NCBI RefSeq assembly: GCF_036588685.1
Contig: NC_086379.1
Span: 41,354,001-41,418,000 of the forward strand
From: Mytilus trossulus
Taxonomy: Eukaryota
Direction: 5' to 3'
DNA length: 64,000 nt
Position 1 is the first letter of the stretch; each line of letters starts with the position of its first letter. The notes under the pieces are model-generated. The model was not told the origin of the DNA. It saw only the letters and a list, made by a program, of their open reading frames with translations, and did not search any database. Of the stretch, positions 1-12,768 are shown piece after piece. A program made the position numbers and the translations under genes.

Positions 1-90
1 TTACAATATCTGGTAAAAAGAACGTCGCATTATATGTTTTGACAATAGACATTCTATCATGTGGGGATTTGTTTTTGTTTTTGCTTTTAG

Positions 91-3000
91 AAATAAATAT
101 TCAGACGAGTAAAGACATTTTACTTTATATCCTCGATGAAGTTGAAAAGATTACAAACATACAAAAGATTTCATCATTGGAATGCGAGACCAACATTAAC
201 CAAACAATGCTATCATGCACACGATGTGAAGAAAATCGTTGTCAATCGTAAGTGTTATTTGTTATTAATAATATTAATGAACAATACTCAAAGATACCAG
301 GCTTGGTTGGCTTTATAACTATTTTGATCTGTGTGTCATTGATGAATCTTATCTAGACGAAACGCGAGTCTGACGTATTAAATTATATGCTGGTACCTTT
401 GATAAATATTTAGATAAAATTCGTTTCTTTGATTTGAGAAGTTGTTTTGATATTTTACTAGCCTATGTCGCAAATTTTAAAACTCAATAATGACTCATAT
501 AAACTCAAAATGTGCATCCGTGCAAATTTTTTCCATCATCTTTAATTGAAGGGATTTGGTATGATAAACAAAGTAACAACTATCTCTCAAAGAACCGAGT
601 CACGTGGAAGTAAAGAACTACACATAAAGATCACCGTACGGACTTCCATAATGGATATTGCCCATGCTGTGTAATAGGCAATAAATAAATACCCCCGTTA
701 TAACTTTATGCAAACCAAAAAAAAAACGAAACCGAAAGCACCATCCTGAATTATGCTCATGAGACAATCAAACCAAAAAGAAATAAGACATATGGCACCG
801 ACAACCACGAATGAATGACATGTTTACGACTTCGGTCAGACACATATGAATGTGGCGGGGTTAAATATTTATGCCAGTGCTTAACTATCCCCCTGACGTT
901 AAATGTAGTATATTAGCTCGTCAGTATTCAAAGATAATAAAAATGTTGAATTGATACTCATAATCAATAAATTACTTAAAGGCTCAATAAAAGAACAGAG
1001 GATGAAAGTAAACATTGACGGTATCTTTATAGACGGGCACTATACGAATATAACCTTGAATTTTCGGATTTGATAACCAGTCTATAATAAGTTGTCAGCT
1101 TACTGACATTTTTACTGTCTTGTATCTTTAGATAACAGTTGTCGTCCGATGTGATATTTTACTAATCTGTTAATTTGTTCTTGTCCTGAACATGCATTCG
1201 ATATTTGGACATAAAGCAATCAACAATCACTAATAAAAAAAATTACTTAATCAAAAGAATACTTTTCTATATTCATTTTTCAGCACACCTCCACAAATAC
1301 ACGAACCGATGATTAAAGGATTGTTATATGAAGTAAACAAACCTATTACAAAAGCTGCTAAATTCGGACAGAATGTGGGGCAGTTGGTCAACAATCTAGA
1401 TAGAAAACTTAATTCTTGGTCTGAAGATATCACTTGGAAATTTAATGGATGGTTAAAACAAGCTGAGAAACATGCGAATAATGTTAAAAATGGTATTGTC
1501 GACACTGGTAAAAAAATTAAAACAGGTGCTGAGAATGCTTGTAAAAAAGTTTGGGGTGGAATTAAAAGTAAGATTATGATACGAATTTTAAGATATTATT
1601 ACAATTAGCTATAAACACATTTATCCGCTATTTTGTGCATTTTTCCTTGGATCTTTTTTTTGTGATAATTTTCATATCATGCTTCTCGCTTGAGATGAAA
1701 AAAATATCGCTAGAAACTAAGGAGGCCACGTGGCGTTGCTAACGAAATTGACATTGAAATTGACAACGTCGTCATAGGTAAAATAGCGATAAACAGATTA
1801 TCATTGGTCATCTCAACTCGATTGCCTTTCTCACTTTCGCTGTACCAGCTCAAGCGAGAAGATCAATCTCGTTGAGATAATCAACGATAATCTATAAATA
1901 TAATGAAGCAACGACAACCACTAAAACACAGGTTTCATGCCTGAAATATAAACAATTGCCTTATATTGTTTTTGTCACAAAAATATTACAAAATATGCAA
2001 AAGGTTATATATAAAATAAAAAGATAAATTACTTTGGATGCTCCTATGGTATCTTTCGCCTCATTTTCTTTTCAGTGATTCTCGAGGCCAAAATGTTTCA
2101 AAGTCCAACATTGTTTGATTAAATACAAGTTTCATGACTACTTGAACATTTTTCCAAAACAAATACTTCTTTAATCTCTCCATTAAATGATATATTTACT
2201 TTGAAGTACATGCAGCAATTTGACAACTAAACTATATATTACATTCAGGTATCTTTGGTAAACGGTCATCTAGACATGTGGATAAACGATGTGAACAAGG
2301 TTGTCCGCAATGCGATCGACTCGATACCAAGAGGAATAAACCGGATAAAGTGATACTATCTAGTAAGTAGAACAAAAAAAACAACTGACAGCAACCATAA
2401 ATACTGCTCTTCAAAGATTGCGGTACTTTGTCCCTGCGTACATATGTTTTATCTGCCAAAAACAAGTATCGATAACATTATTTCCTGGCAATTGCAATTC
2501 ATAGTGCCTAGATATATTGCGTTGTGCGATTGCAACACGTTTGCAGTTCTGTCAATAACCGACTTCTTGATTACCTAAAACATGTATGTGTCATATTTGT
2601 AAATATCAAAATTATTACAGAATGCACATATATAGCTTTTAACTATATTTCAGTAGTTAACCAGGAAGCTCTGCATTCAGATATATGACACAAAGCCTAA
2701 TCCATTTACTGTTAAACACGTTATTAGTTCCACTCTATTGAACTTGCAAAATTAGAATGGTTTTTTTTTTACTTCTACATAAATTCATCAAAATTGAATC
2801 GGAGTAATATCAGTGATAAATACATATGTTTATGTAATATGTGTTGGTAGGTTACTTTTTTGAGACATGAAAATGAAATTATCTAGAAATAATTCTCGAT
2901 GCTTGTTTTCAATTGTGTAAATATGTCACAATGATAAAATTGAGAAAGGAAATGGTGAATATGTGAAAGCGAAAACCACCCGACCATAGAGCAGACAACA

Positions 3001-4036
3001 GCCGAAGGCAACCAATGAGTCTTCAATGAAGCGAGAATTCCCGCACCCGTAGGTGTCCTTCAGCTTGCCCCTAAAAATATGCATAACAGTACAGTGATAA
3101 TGGACGTCATACTAAACTCCGAATTATACACAAGAAACTAAAATTTAAAATTTAAAACATATACTTTATTTAACTGTTGATTTTTTTATATGCCAATTAA
3201 TGCGATATTTATTGTTATTATAGTTTGTGGATCCAATTTCGTTTCAAAGCAGAAGAAAATAGCGACAAAATTAAAAGATTTAAGAGCTCTGTACAGTTTC
3301 ATCCTCTCGAAGAACTCGATTGTTTTGATGGTAATTATTTTGTTTTGCCTGCATTTGCCTATCATAATTTGAAGGTTCAATCGTCACTTCTCTTAACAGA
3401 ATACATTTATAAAACATAATTATATTATTATTTTATCTATCATCATTAATCATAATTTCAACATAGTGCAAAACACATAAAAATTCTTCTCCAGACAGTT
3501 TAGTATATATTTCATATACACTCAAATTTTCAGAAAAGTTGGCCGTATTTCAATGAACTTAGAACCGCCAGAAGCATTCATTTTTGGCGTTAATACAAAA
3601 TGTAATCCTGGTATTTGTGACGAGGTTATTTACAACCACTGGGTCGGTGCCACTGCTGGTGGAGTTTTAATTCCCCGATGGTATTATCAGCTCAGTAGTC
3701 AGTACTTCTCTGCTGACATGAATTATCGTTGAGATGCTAATATTTCGAGAATATCATATCTGTTACACCTTTTAAACTTGGATAATCGCTTATTGTTCTT
3801 TTAGTGGTTCGTTATAGAACAGATCAGTATAGATTTTATTGTTTTTCTTTCAGGTGGAGTATGAAAAGAAAAGTGTTCTCTTTACAGGCGGAAAAGTAGA
3901 GTTCAAGACATCATTTGTAACATTTCAAAATGGTAAAAGGAGACAACGATTTAAACTTCCAGGAATGTTTGTTATCTCTGACATTAATGGAATGTCTTTG
4001 AAAATATCACAAGAAGTTTTCAGACGAATGTTTTAA
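91..4036 (+). CDS. Gene A (5'-partial): secreted 8-Cys scaffold / amphipathic-insert precursor, exons 2-6
   Basis: Exons 91-247, 1284-1567, 2249-2362, 3224-3330, 3854-4036, all GT-AG, phases 2/1/1/0, open frame to TAA. Translation includes CETNINQTMLSCTRCEENRC / ...KKVWGGIK-SIFGKRSSRHVDKRCEQGCPQC / ICGSNF / VEYEKKS...FRRMF*. The signal-peptide exon is upstream of the window. AATAAA at 4150-4155. Confidence 0.9.
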
Positions 4037-4638
4037 CAAAAAGTCTCAAACAGGAAATCATAACCTACATTTGAATGTACAGAAATATAAGTTGTCGCTT
4101 TTTTGTATGTGTAACAAGATGCGCCCTTCGTTCATACGTATCAACAAATAATAAAAATGTTTGTCATAGTATGAGTGTTTATTCTTTTTAAATGGTATTT
4201 TATCTTTAGATATTTTCTAAATATACAATTTGCTTAGTTTTCATTTAACCGACAACAAACGTACTGTGCAAAATATGGTATTTATTTAAAATAAAAAGGA
4301 TGGTAATAGTGAATGTTAAGATATAAATATTAATAATATTGGCGTTGTCAGTTTGTTTTAGATTTATGAGTTTGACTGTCCCTTTGGTACCTTTGTCCCT
4401 CTTTTAAGAGATACAGAGTAAACGTTAACATTTTATGTCATAAGCACAAGTTAAACTAAATAGACAATAGGTGTTCACAGAGAGAACATCAAATGTGACA
4501 AGTTTTTCCCAACAACTTATTAAGGCGATACAACGTCTGTCAATAAAATCCAAATCACGAATAGCATACATAATAAAGACATTGGCTACCATTAAGGATA
4601 TTTCTTAATTAGGATAGGTTAAGGTTAAACTTTAGTAA

Positions 4639-6378
4639 AGGAATAGGTTCAGTAAGAACACTTTTTGGCCTCAAAATATAGCAGTTTTACAAAATTGTGA
4701 AAATGTAATGTTTAAGCTATTTATTGGAAAGCAAAATGCTTCTGCTACATAAATATGGGCTGTTTTGACAACACAATGCACATATATCGGGTACTAGCAT
4801 CATTAAGTCATGCTAAATTACTGAAATCTTAACAATTTTAGCATTTTAGTAAAATTTTAGACGGTTTCCGTCGTAAAGGAAAGTGGCGGCATTCGTGTTC
4901 ATTCATAATATTGAAATGTAAGTTGTATTTGATGATAATACATAATATACATAAAGGTTGAGGATGAACAGGGATGCGGCCACTTTCATTTTTGACAAAA
5001 AACATCTGAAAATGACATTTTTTGCATATTTGATAAATTTTCATATCAAAGCTCGAATCAGAGCATTTTAAATGACTAAATTAGTAAAAAATCGTTCACA
5101 AAAACTAATCGAACCAATTGAAATAGACACTTAAGTGTTTGAAAAGTGTCTAAATCTTTCGTTTGATGAACTTGAACCTTTAAACAAACTTATAAGTAAG
5201 GGTTATCGTACCAATATTGTAATTAGATCTCTGAATATAGTTCACATTGGCACTAATATTGATTTTGTCATTAGCAAATTAAAACATAACTAAATTTCAT
5301 TATCTTTTGAGGCGAGATGTATAGAGACACAGACACGTTAATTTTTATTTCTATAGAAGTCGCTCTTCACTATCCTACTACCTGTCGATACATTTATTTT
5401 TGGCATTGCACAAGTCATGTCTTCTTTGACTATTAATGACGTTAAAATACTAAATCCCTGGGATGTGTTTTAGTTGATTTTAGTCTCTGATGCATGATTT
5501 TTTATTATTTATTTGTTTTTGGCTTTTAACTAGCTGTCAGTATCTGCGAGTACTCTCAAATCGTATTTTCTTGTTAATTCGACCTGTTGATACTGTTTAT
5601 AATGCTTTTTTGTTATTTTTTATTTATATGGATCTTGTCTGTACACCAGCTTTGATTATTTGTAATATCTTCATTTTTTCCCTTATTCTTACTACATTTG
5701 TATAAACTTCAAGATTATAATTATTTTTTTAAAACCGGTTTTATTCTAAAGTGAATATTGATTGGTTAAATATTTCTCAGTGATGTCCTGTCATGTCTTT
5801 GTTTGAATTTGTTTGTTAGCATGTTGGTCATGAATGTTTGTCTCTAATATTTAATTAACTGTGCATTTGTATTCAGATATCGCAGATCAAATTTATTCGT
5901 TCATTGTGTAATCATACGTTTTTTGATTGAGTTAAGTCTGCCAATTGATATTTTATCGTGTGTTTTTCTATGTTGTGATATTATGCTATTGTTTCAGAAA
6001 AAGGGAGAAGGTTTGGATCGATTAAAACATATAATCCCGCCGCAAATGTTTGCACCTGTCCTAAGTCAGGAATCTGATGTACAGTAGTTGTCGTTTGTTT
6101 ATGTAATATAAACGTGTTTCTCGTTTCTCGCTTTGTTTATATAGATTAGACCGTTGGTTTTCCCGTTTGAATGGTTTTACACTAGAAATTTTGGGGCCCT
6201 TTATAGCTTGTTGTTTGGTGTGAGCCAAGGCTCCGTGTTGAGGCCGTACTTTAACCTATAATGGTTTACTTTTTAAATTGTTACTTGGATGGAGAGTTGT
6301 CTCATTGGCACTCACACCACATCTTCCTATATTTGTTGAAATTTGAGGCCAAAATCGGCCCTTACCGGATCTACTCCT
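4639..6378. mobile_element. Non-autonomous DNA element (Kolobok-like AGG...CCT ends) interrupted by a retroelement
   Basis: Imperfect terminal inverted repeats AGGAATAGGTTCAGTAAG...TTTTGGCCTCAAA and TTTGAGGCCAAAA...CTTACCGGATCTACTCCT. The superfamily call is tentative because the TTAA flanks are degenerate. Confidence 0.5.
5177..6335 (+). mobile_element. 5'-truncated retroelement (Penelope-like): ORF end plus long 3' UTR
   Basis: Flanked by TTGAA direct repeats (5172-5176, 6336-6340). It begins in an open frame PLNKLISKGYRTNIVIRSLNIVHIGTNIDFVISKLKHN* (5177-5293) and ends in the GTTGTCTCATTGGCA...CACCACATCTTC tail found as fragments throughout the window. Confidence 0.5.
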
Positions 6379-7033
6379 TTTTAATAACCTGTTATTCTAT
6401 TTTACAATAATATCCTCATTTTTGTATGAACGATAGCCATAATATACGAAAAAGTTCAAACTTATAAGTTGAAAAACAATTTGACAACGCTATGGCAAAA
6501 AAAAAAACCCACATCCATACGAATAAAAAACCCACAAGACAAGCCACACTTTTCAAATAACAGCAAAGAAAACTAAAGATTGAGCAACATGAAATCAACC
6601 CAAAAAAAACCGGTGCGGACGTTTTATATGCTCCTGTGATGTCCTATGTGTAATTCTTTGAACTTAAAATTTGAGTAACAGTTTCCCGAAATTGCTTGAT
6701 ATTGAAATTTCATTTATAATGGGTCAAGTATATACTTTCAACAAAGTTTTGTTCAGCTTTCTCCAGGCTAGTACATTTATATATAGACACATAACACTGA
6801 ATACACTGATCATTAATAGCTCTAACGATAAAGTAAAAGATGCGACTGCTTGGTAAAACATGTTTCTATGCCTTGTTTCTACCTGTTATTTGGTTGAGAT
6901 GTATCAGATTGACGATAGTGTATATGTAGCTAAGTTCTCAGTTTCATTGAGAGGCAGAAGATTCTACACGGGTATTCAAACCTCTGAATCGGTCACAAAT
7001 GGAAGCTACCAAGGCCAATGCAGGTGGAAAACC

Positions 7034-7209
7034 ATCTAGAAAAGAACTGTTCTCGGGTAGAACTGTCTGTCAGGACTAGTTCTTTGTATCAGTTTAAGGT
7101 AGAACTGACCAAATCAGTTCTAGATTGGAACTGTTCTAGCTAGAACTGTCTTAAAGGTGTTAGGATGACAGTTCTACATATGAAATGAGAGGTTAGACGT
7201 GATCTACTG
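7034..7209. mobile_element. Solo end fragment of the AGAACTG-repeat element family (see 51888-56196)
   Basis: TAGAACTG/CAGTTCTA repeats ending in TGAGAGGTTAGACGTGATCTACTG, similar to the TIR at 56172-56196. Confidence 0.6.
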
Positions 7210-8396
7210 TTTAGTTGTTAATTACTGTGTCATTTGGTCTCTTGTAGAGAGTTGTCCCATTGGCAATCATACCGCATCTTCTTTTGTTATACCAACAAGT
7301 TTTCTGCTGTCAAACCTTTCTTTCACAGGGTACACTACAACAATATAACAATAAAATAGAAATCAGTTAATAAGGGATTGACGTATTAGATGGATACAAA
7401 GAAGAAAAAACTACGATACGAGGTACTAGAGATTGTTTTTCTTCAAAAAATGTAAAATCAAGAAAGACACACGTATGAGGGTACGCGCAGTTACTGACAA
7501 CTAGTTCAAAGGCTATAAAAACTAATAAATCTGCATGTATCGAAGGGTAGTATTCAATGCATATTGTTGTCTGTCTTTTAGTCGTTGTTTTGTTCTTGTC
7601 ATGTCATTATTTATTCGATGTCAACTTATTTCAATATCCCTTTTGTAACTTTGGCCTCTCTCGTGTCATATCAAATATTATAGTCCTTTTTGAAAATCAA
7701 TAAATGTCAAAGAGACATTCGAGTACACCATTAAAAGAATAAAGATATCTTTAAAAAGATTAAGCATAGTATAATAATTTCGATGATAGTGCTGCAAATG
7801 TGAAAATCGAACAAAATATTGTTGGTAGATTATTATGTATATATTCTTATCAATATGATTTCTGAAGAAAGAAAAAATAGGTTTGATAGGATAAAGCGCC
7901 AGTCTTGAATATTAAACACGTGTGGAGCCAAAAATACTTAAAAATCAAATTTAAACGGATTATAAAGTTTATCATTGACATCTAACTATAAAGAAATCAG
8001 TATATTGTTCTGTTACGATTAATGTACAATCCTTATCATCATAAATGGGAAATCGTTCTTTATATTTAACTATGGATTTGCATCACTTTATATTTAACAA
8101 TGGATTTGCATCACTTTATCAGTTAAAATGACATTCTTCAACATACACCAAAATGCTTATAAAGAGAACCTGTTGCATAAGACGTTTAATGTTCATTCTG
8201 TGTAATAATTGCCTTTTCTTGACGGTACTCATTAGAAATGCATCGATATGGAAATAACATAGGGCTAAAAGGCTACATAATTTAAAAGATATCTTCTGAG
8301 TGCAATTAAAAATCGACTTGTACATATTTTGAATTTGGCAAAAAATTAAGTAGGTTTGATTTAAACCAGGATACAGACTGTGGCAGTGAAAGTGAA

Positions 8397-8848
8397 GGGA
8401 AAATTTCCACAATATTATCGAATACACACTTGAGATGGCGTAAACAAGAAAATTTCCATTTCGATGTGGTTTCCCAAATATATATCTCAACAAAAATAAT
8501 AGATTTTAAATATGACAAGTACGTAATGACATTGTTTTACATATTCTTGTGGTTAAATTACACTAGTTCTGTGAGGTACATCTAAGGTTGGTTCAAGTTA
8601 GATTACACTTATTTAAATATTTATCTTTTAAGATATAAAAAAATATTTTATTAACAAAATGGATATTTTTTTTTATGATAATAGAAAATTAAAATGAAGG
8701 AAAACATGTATATATTAACTTTTTAAATCACATGAATCACCAATTATCCCTCATTTTAATAATAGATGGCTAACCATATCACGTAAATATTAATAGGATT
8801 GCTTTTTTGTAATTAATTCTTGGAACTATCGTAATTTTGCTATATAAA
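8397..8848 (+). promoter_or_regulatory. Gene B promoter: kB-like site, conserved blocks, STAT (GAS) motif and TATA box
   Basis: GGGAAAATTTCC 8397-8408; TCGATGTGGTTTCCCAA 8461-8477 and TGACAAGTACGTAAT 8513-8527 (both identical upstream of C); TTCTTGGAA 8817-8825; TATATAAA 8841-8848, about 50 bp before the ATG. Confidence 0.6.
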
Positions 8849-8894
8849 CACCAACAATCTGCTTCAAAATCAGCCAGCTTTTAAAACTTTTAAC

Positions 8895-11800
8895 ATGTTT
8901 ATCTCTCTACTCGTAGCAGTAGTCGCAGCACTTTGTTCCTGTAATGGAGAACTACTCTCTCTCCCACAAAATAACTTGGATAGTGAGTGAAACATTTTAA
9001 AATTGATTATTATACATGTAAATTTTATTATATCACGTCTTCTTCAACATTCCATTATGCAGTTCAGTTTATTAGTTTAGGTTACGAGCGTTCTTGGTAG
9101 AGGTTGTTTCAGAAACACGTGTTGTTAACAATGGTTAATGTGTATTAGTTTTTTTTCTAGTTTCTGTTTAGTGTCTTTAATCGATGCGCTAGGAGCCGAC
9201 ACACTGTTTCATTTATGTGTATTTATCCAATTGTACATGTATCTTTTTTTACTATTTATTATATGTACTTTAAAGCTGTTTGTCATAAATTATATGGGAT
9301 AGAGAATATATAAGTGAAATTAGCTAATTATTCTACATGCAAAGTCTGACAAACTGATTTCGTTCATGAAAAATTGCAACAAACGTTTGAATCAACTAAT
9401 GCGGTTTATTTTAATATTAGATGTGGTTTTTGATTTGTAGTCTTAATTGTACAGTCAAATTTAAAAATCACAATAATTAGAATAAAAAGATAAAAACAAA
9501 GGTTAAAAAAATTGGATAGGATATAGAAATTTTTACATTATTATAAATAAGTACAAAATTATAATGAAATGAATTCAATTTTTGCAAATAATTTTAAACA
9601 TAATATGTTTTCAGTAATAAACGACCAAGCACGAGCAGATATTGTAGATTATATCGTTGATGAAATTGATGCTACTGTAGAAGAGGAGAAGGTCCTATCA
9701 CTATCATGTGAAACCAAAGTTAACCAAACAATAAAGTCTTGTGATGAATGTGCCGGAAATATTTGTCCAGCGGTGTAAGTAGAAATGGTTTCATAGACTT
9801 GTATAAGAATATCTTTTTTGGTGCTTTCTTTTTTTTAAATAAGAAAATGTGATATTAATTTTAACTTTGATATATATATATGTTCAAATGTTTAAATATA
9901 GATCTTTATGAACCAAATTTCACGGTTGAAAGTTAGTTTTCTGTGTAGACTTTCAATGATTTACCTTGGATCTAGAAAAAAATTATCCTTTTTTAAGATC
10001 ATCAAACTGACATTGTTGCATTAAGGATAAGTGTGGCTTTCAAATTACTACAAAATCATATGTTGATAAAAAATACCACCAGGATTGGATGTTTCGTCAA
10101 CATATTAGTCAAACATGTTAAATATGATTTAACACAACACGTTAAATGTTTTATCTTAAAAGGCAATACATGAGTCTCTGAATTGGCTTTTTCAGTAATA
10201 GGGTTTCAGATTGAAATATTCATTTTTTAAAACTGAATATCTACGGTTACATATTTCGAAAACCATGCAAAGTTCACATTATTGCTTATTACCCATTATA
10301 TTGTCATTAGAGTATCCAAAATATTACACAAAAAGGACACATTTAACAGTAAATAGGCACATGAAAAAGTATGAGTATTTCTTATTTGAATTGAAGTTGA
10401 AACTATTTGTAATCCTTGTAGAGAACTTAGACAAGAGCGAAAGAAAATAGATTTAAGAAAGTTACTAAGTGTGATCCACAAACCTGTGGTACTTGTAGCA
10501 TCTATCGGTAAAAAAGTAGTAAAGGAAGCTGCTAGGTTTGGAAAGAGGATAGGAAAAGTGGTTAATAGAATTGGTGATAAAGTTAAAAGTACAGTAAAAA
10601 AAGTTAGAGTCGGAATTAAAAAAATCGGATCAAAAATAGGAAGTCATGTTAAAAGATTAGGAAAGGGAGTCGCTAAATTCGGCAAGAATATTGGACGAGG
10701 TGTTGCCAAAATAACCAAGAAGGTGGGACGTGGTATCAAGAAATTTGGACAAGGTGTCAAGAAAACTGGCAAAAAAGTTTGGAAGAAAATTAAAAGTATG
10801 TTATGATATACAGATTAATGTTTTAATTTAACTTATAATTGAATTGTCTGAAAAAAATCCGTTCCTCGTGATGATTAATGAAAATAACTCTTTCAACTTC
10901 ATGAAATGTTAATGAATAATTTGTCTTTCAAATATGTTTACTAACAGGTTTGTAAGTCTCATCAAGCTAGTTTTTCATTTTGTGTCCTTCCATATATTTT
11001 ATTATTAACTATTAATTTAACTTTATATTCAAGTTTTCAATTTGATTTGTCATGTACACTGTTTCTTAATAGCATTTGAAAATTTTGGTTTTCTCCCTTA
11101 CAGAAATATTTGGAAAACGATCAACCAGACACCTAATTGAAAAGCGTTGTGTAAGCAGTTGTCCAGTTTGTGACAAACTTGATAAAGACATATTCACGGA
11201 TGAACAAATAGTTGGAAAAAGTAAGTATAAAGTTAATATCTAGATAAGTTATATATTATATATAATATTATATAGTTTTATAGGTAATGACTCGATGCCC
11301 TTCACAAATGCTTGAAATTAACATTTGGTTAATGTTCGTCATCTTCAATTTTCGTAAATGGTGTCGTAATAACTTAGGTCATTAACCTTCTTGTTTGAAT
11401 TGTTTCTCATTTTTCATGGTGAGTCCTTTAATACTAGTATTCAACTTTACGGTATGGCATGGTCTCGTTGTTGAAGGTCGTAAGCCGTAAATGATCATAT
11501 TCACTTATTTGCATTCTTTTTATGCAATCATACCACATCAGTATATTTTTAAATTGTACTTTGTACCAAAAAAATATTAACAATTTCTTTTTTTTGTTGT
11601 TAAGTTAAAAGGCAATTTTAAGAATGCTATACGCGAAATTTAAATTAAAAATATATTTTCTTTTATAACTGTACATTTTCTGCTTTATTTGCAGTATGTG
11701 GGGCAAGTTTTGTTTCAAGACAGAAACAATTATATGAAAAAGTGAGAGGTTTAGAGGACACATACAACTATATAGTGTCCAATGCACCTGTAGTGACAAA

Positions 11801-12768
11801 GGTAATATTTTTCTTATAAGCCTGCTTATACAAATATGTATAAAGTCTAAGATGATGTGGTTAAAAAATTGTTTTATTGTTCATTTGTAACATAGAGGTT
11901 TTATTTTCCTAATACATGTATCATTTTCTTTTGACAAAATTGAACGTTATGTAAAAAAACAAAACATTATTATGTACTCATAAACAGATAGACAGTAAAC
12001 GTAAAAGATATGGCCACTTAGCGACAAAAAACCCCACAAAAACAGTCTTTTCACAGTGTATTGCATTTGAAATATATTATTCAAACTAAAACCGCACTGA
12101 TGATTAAATAAATCCATTTAAGAATTTAGATGAATTCCGTGTGTATGGTTTGAAATAATTTGCATATTGAATCAATATTATCTACAAAATCATATAAGCA
12201 TTGTAATCCCTTTAAGCTATACAGGCTATATTTTTCAAAGTAATTTGAAAATATAAAAAACTACTTGACTGTATTTTTTATAAGAATTCATACATCACAC
12301 AACAAACTTAAAGGCACTATATTTTGTTTGTTAGAGCTTCTTTGCCATAGATTTTTGAATTGGTGGTGTAACAGATCTATTTCTATTTTTGTGTGTAAAA
12401 ATATAAAAAAGACGCCAATCTACCAATCTAAAAAAGTCATTATAATTGATATTTTGTTGTATAACCATCCAAGAATTAAATACAGGATTTCCGTCCAGCG
12501 TTGAAAGTAAACTTTTTTTTAAAGATTGATCTTCTATAATGTCATTATTTGTAAACTGCTATAACCTGTACTTTATATTTTTCAGGTGGAATATGAAACA
12601 AGTAGTATTATTATAGTCAACGGGAAATTGGCATTTAAAAAGTCCTTTGTAACGTATCAAACGAACAAAATCAAGAGGAGATTTCAGCTTTCTGGACTAT
12701 TTGAAATCTCTAACATAGATGGTATGGCCATCAAAATATCAAAGGATATATTAAAGAAAATGCAATAA
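8895..12768 (+). CDS. Gene B: secreted precursor (342 aa) with a highly cationic amphipathic insert; putative antimicrobial-peptide precursor
   Basis: Exons 8895-8982, 9615-9774, 10422-10795, 11104-11220, 11695-11801, 12586-12768; GT-AG; total 1029 nt in frame. Signal peptide MFISLLVAVVAALCSCNG; CETKVNQTIKSCDECAGNIC; Lys/Gly-rich exon 3; KIFGKRSTRHLIEKRCVSSCPVC; ICG; VEYETSS...KKMQ*. Function is inferred. Confidence 0.92.

Noticed and set aside
8059-8118. 30-bp direct duplication upstream of gene B (and a ~115-bp duplication near 16250-16470)
   Set aside because: Simple local tandem duplications, not shared with the paralogous promoter, with no evidence of function.
10528-10548. AARF-G-KR in gene B as an FMRFamide-type neuropeptide
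   Set aside because: It is a single copy inside a cationic helix and is not conserved as KR in C (RFGKK). It is kept only as a possible processing site.
9615-11801. Saposin-like, insulin-like or defensin fold assignment for the Cys scaffold
   Set aside because: The Cys spacing (C-x10-C-x2-C-x4-C ... C-x3-C-x2-C ... C) does not fit the saposin, insulin (CC) or CSab patterns. The proinsulin comparison is architectural only.
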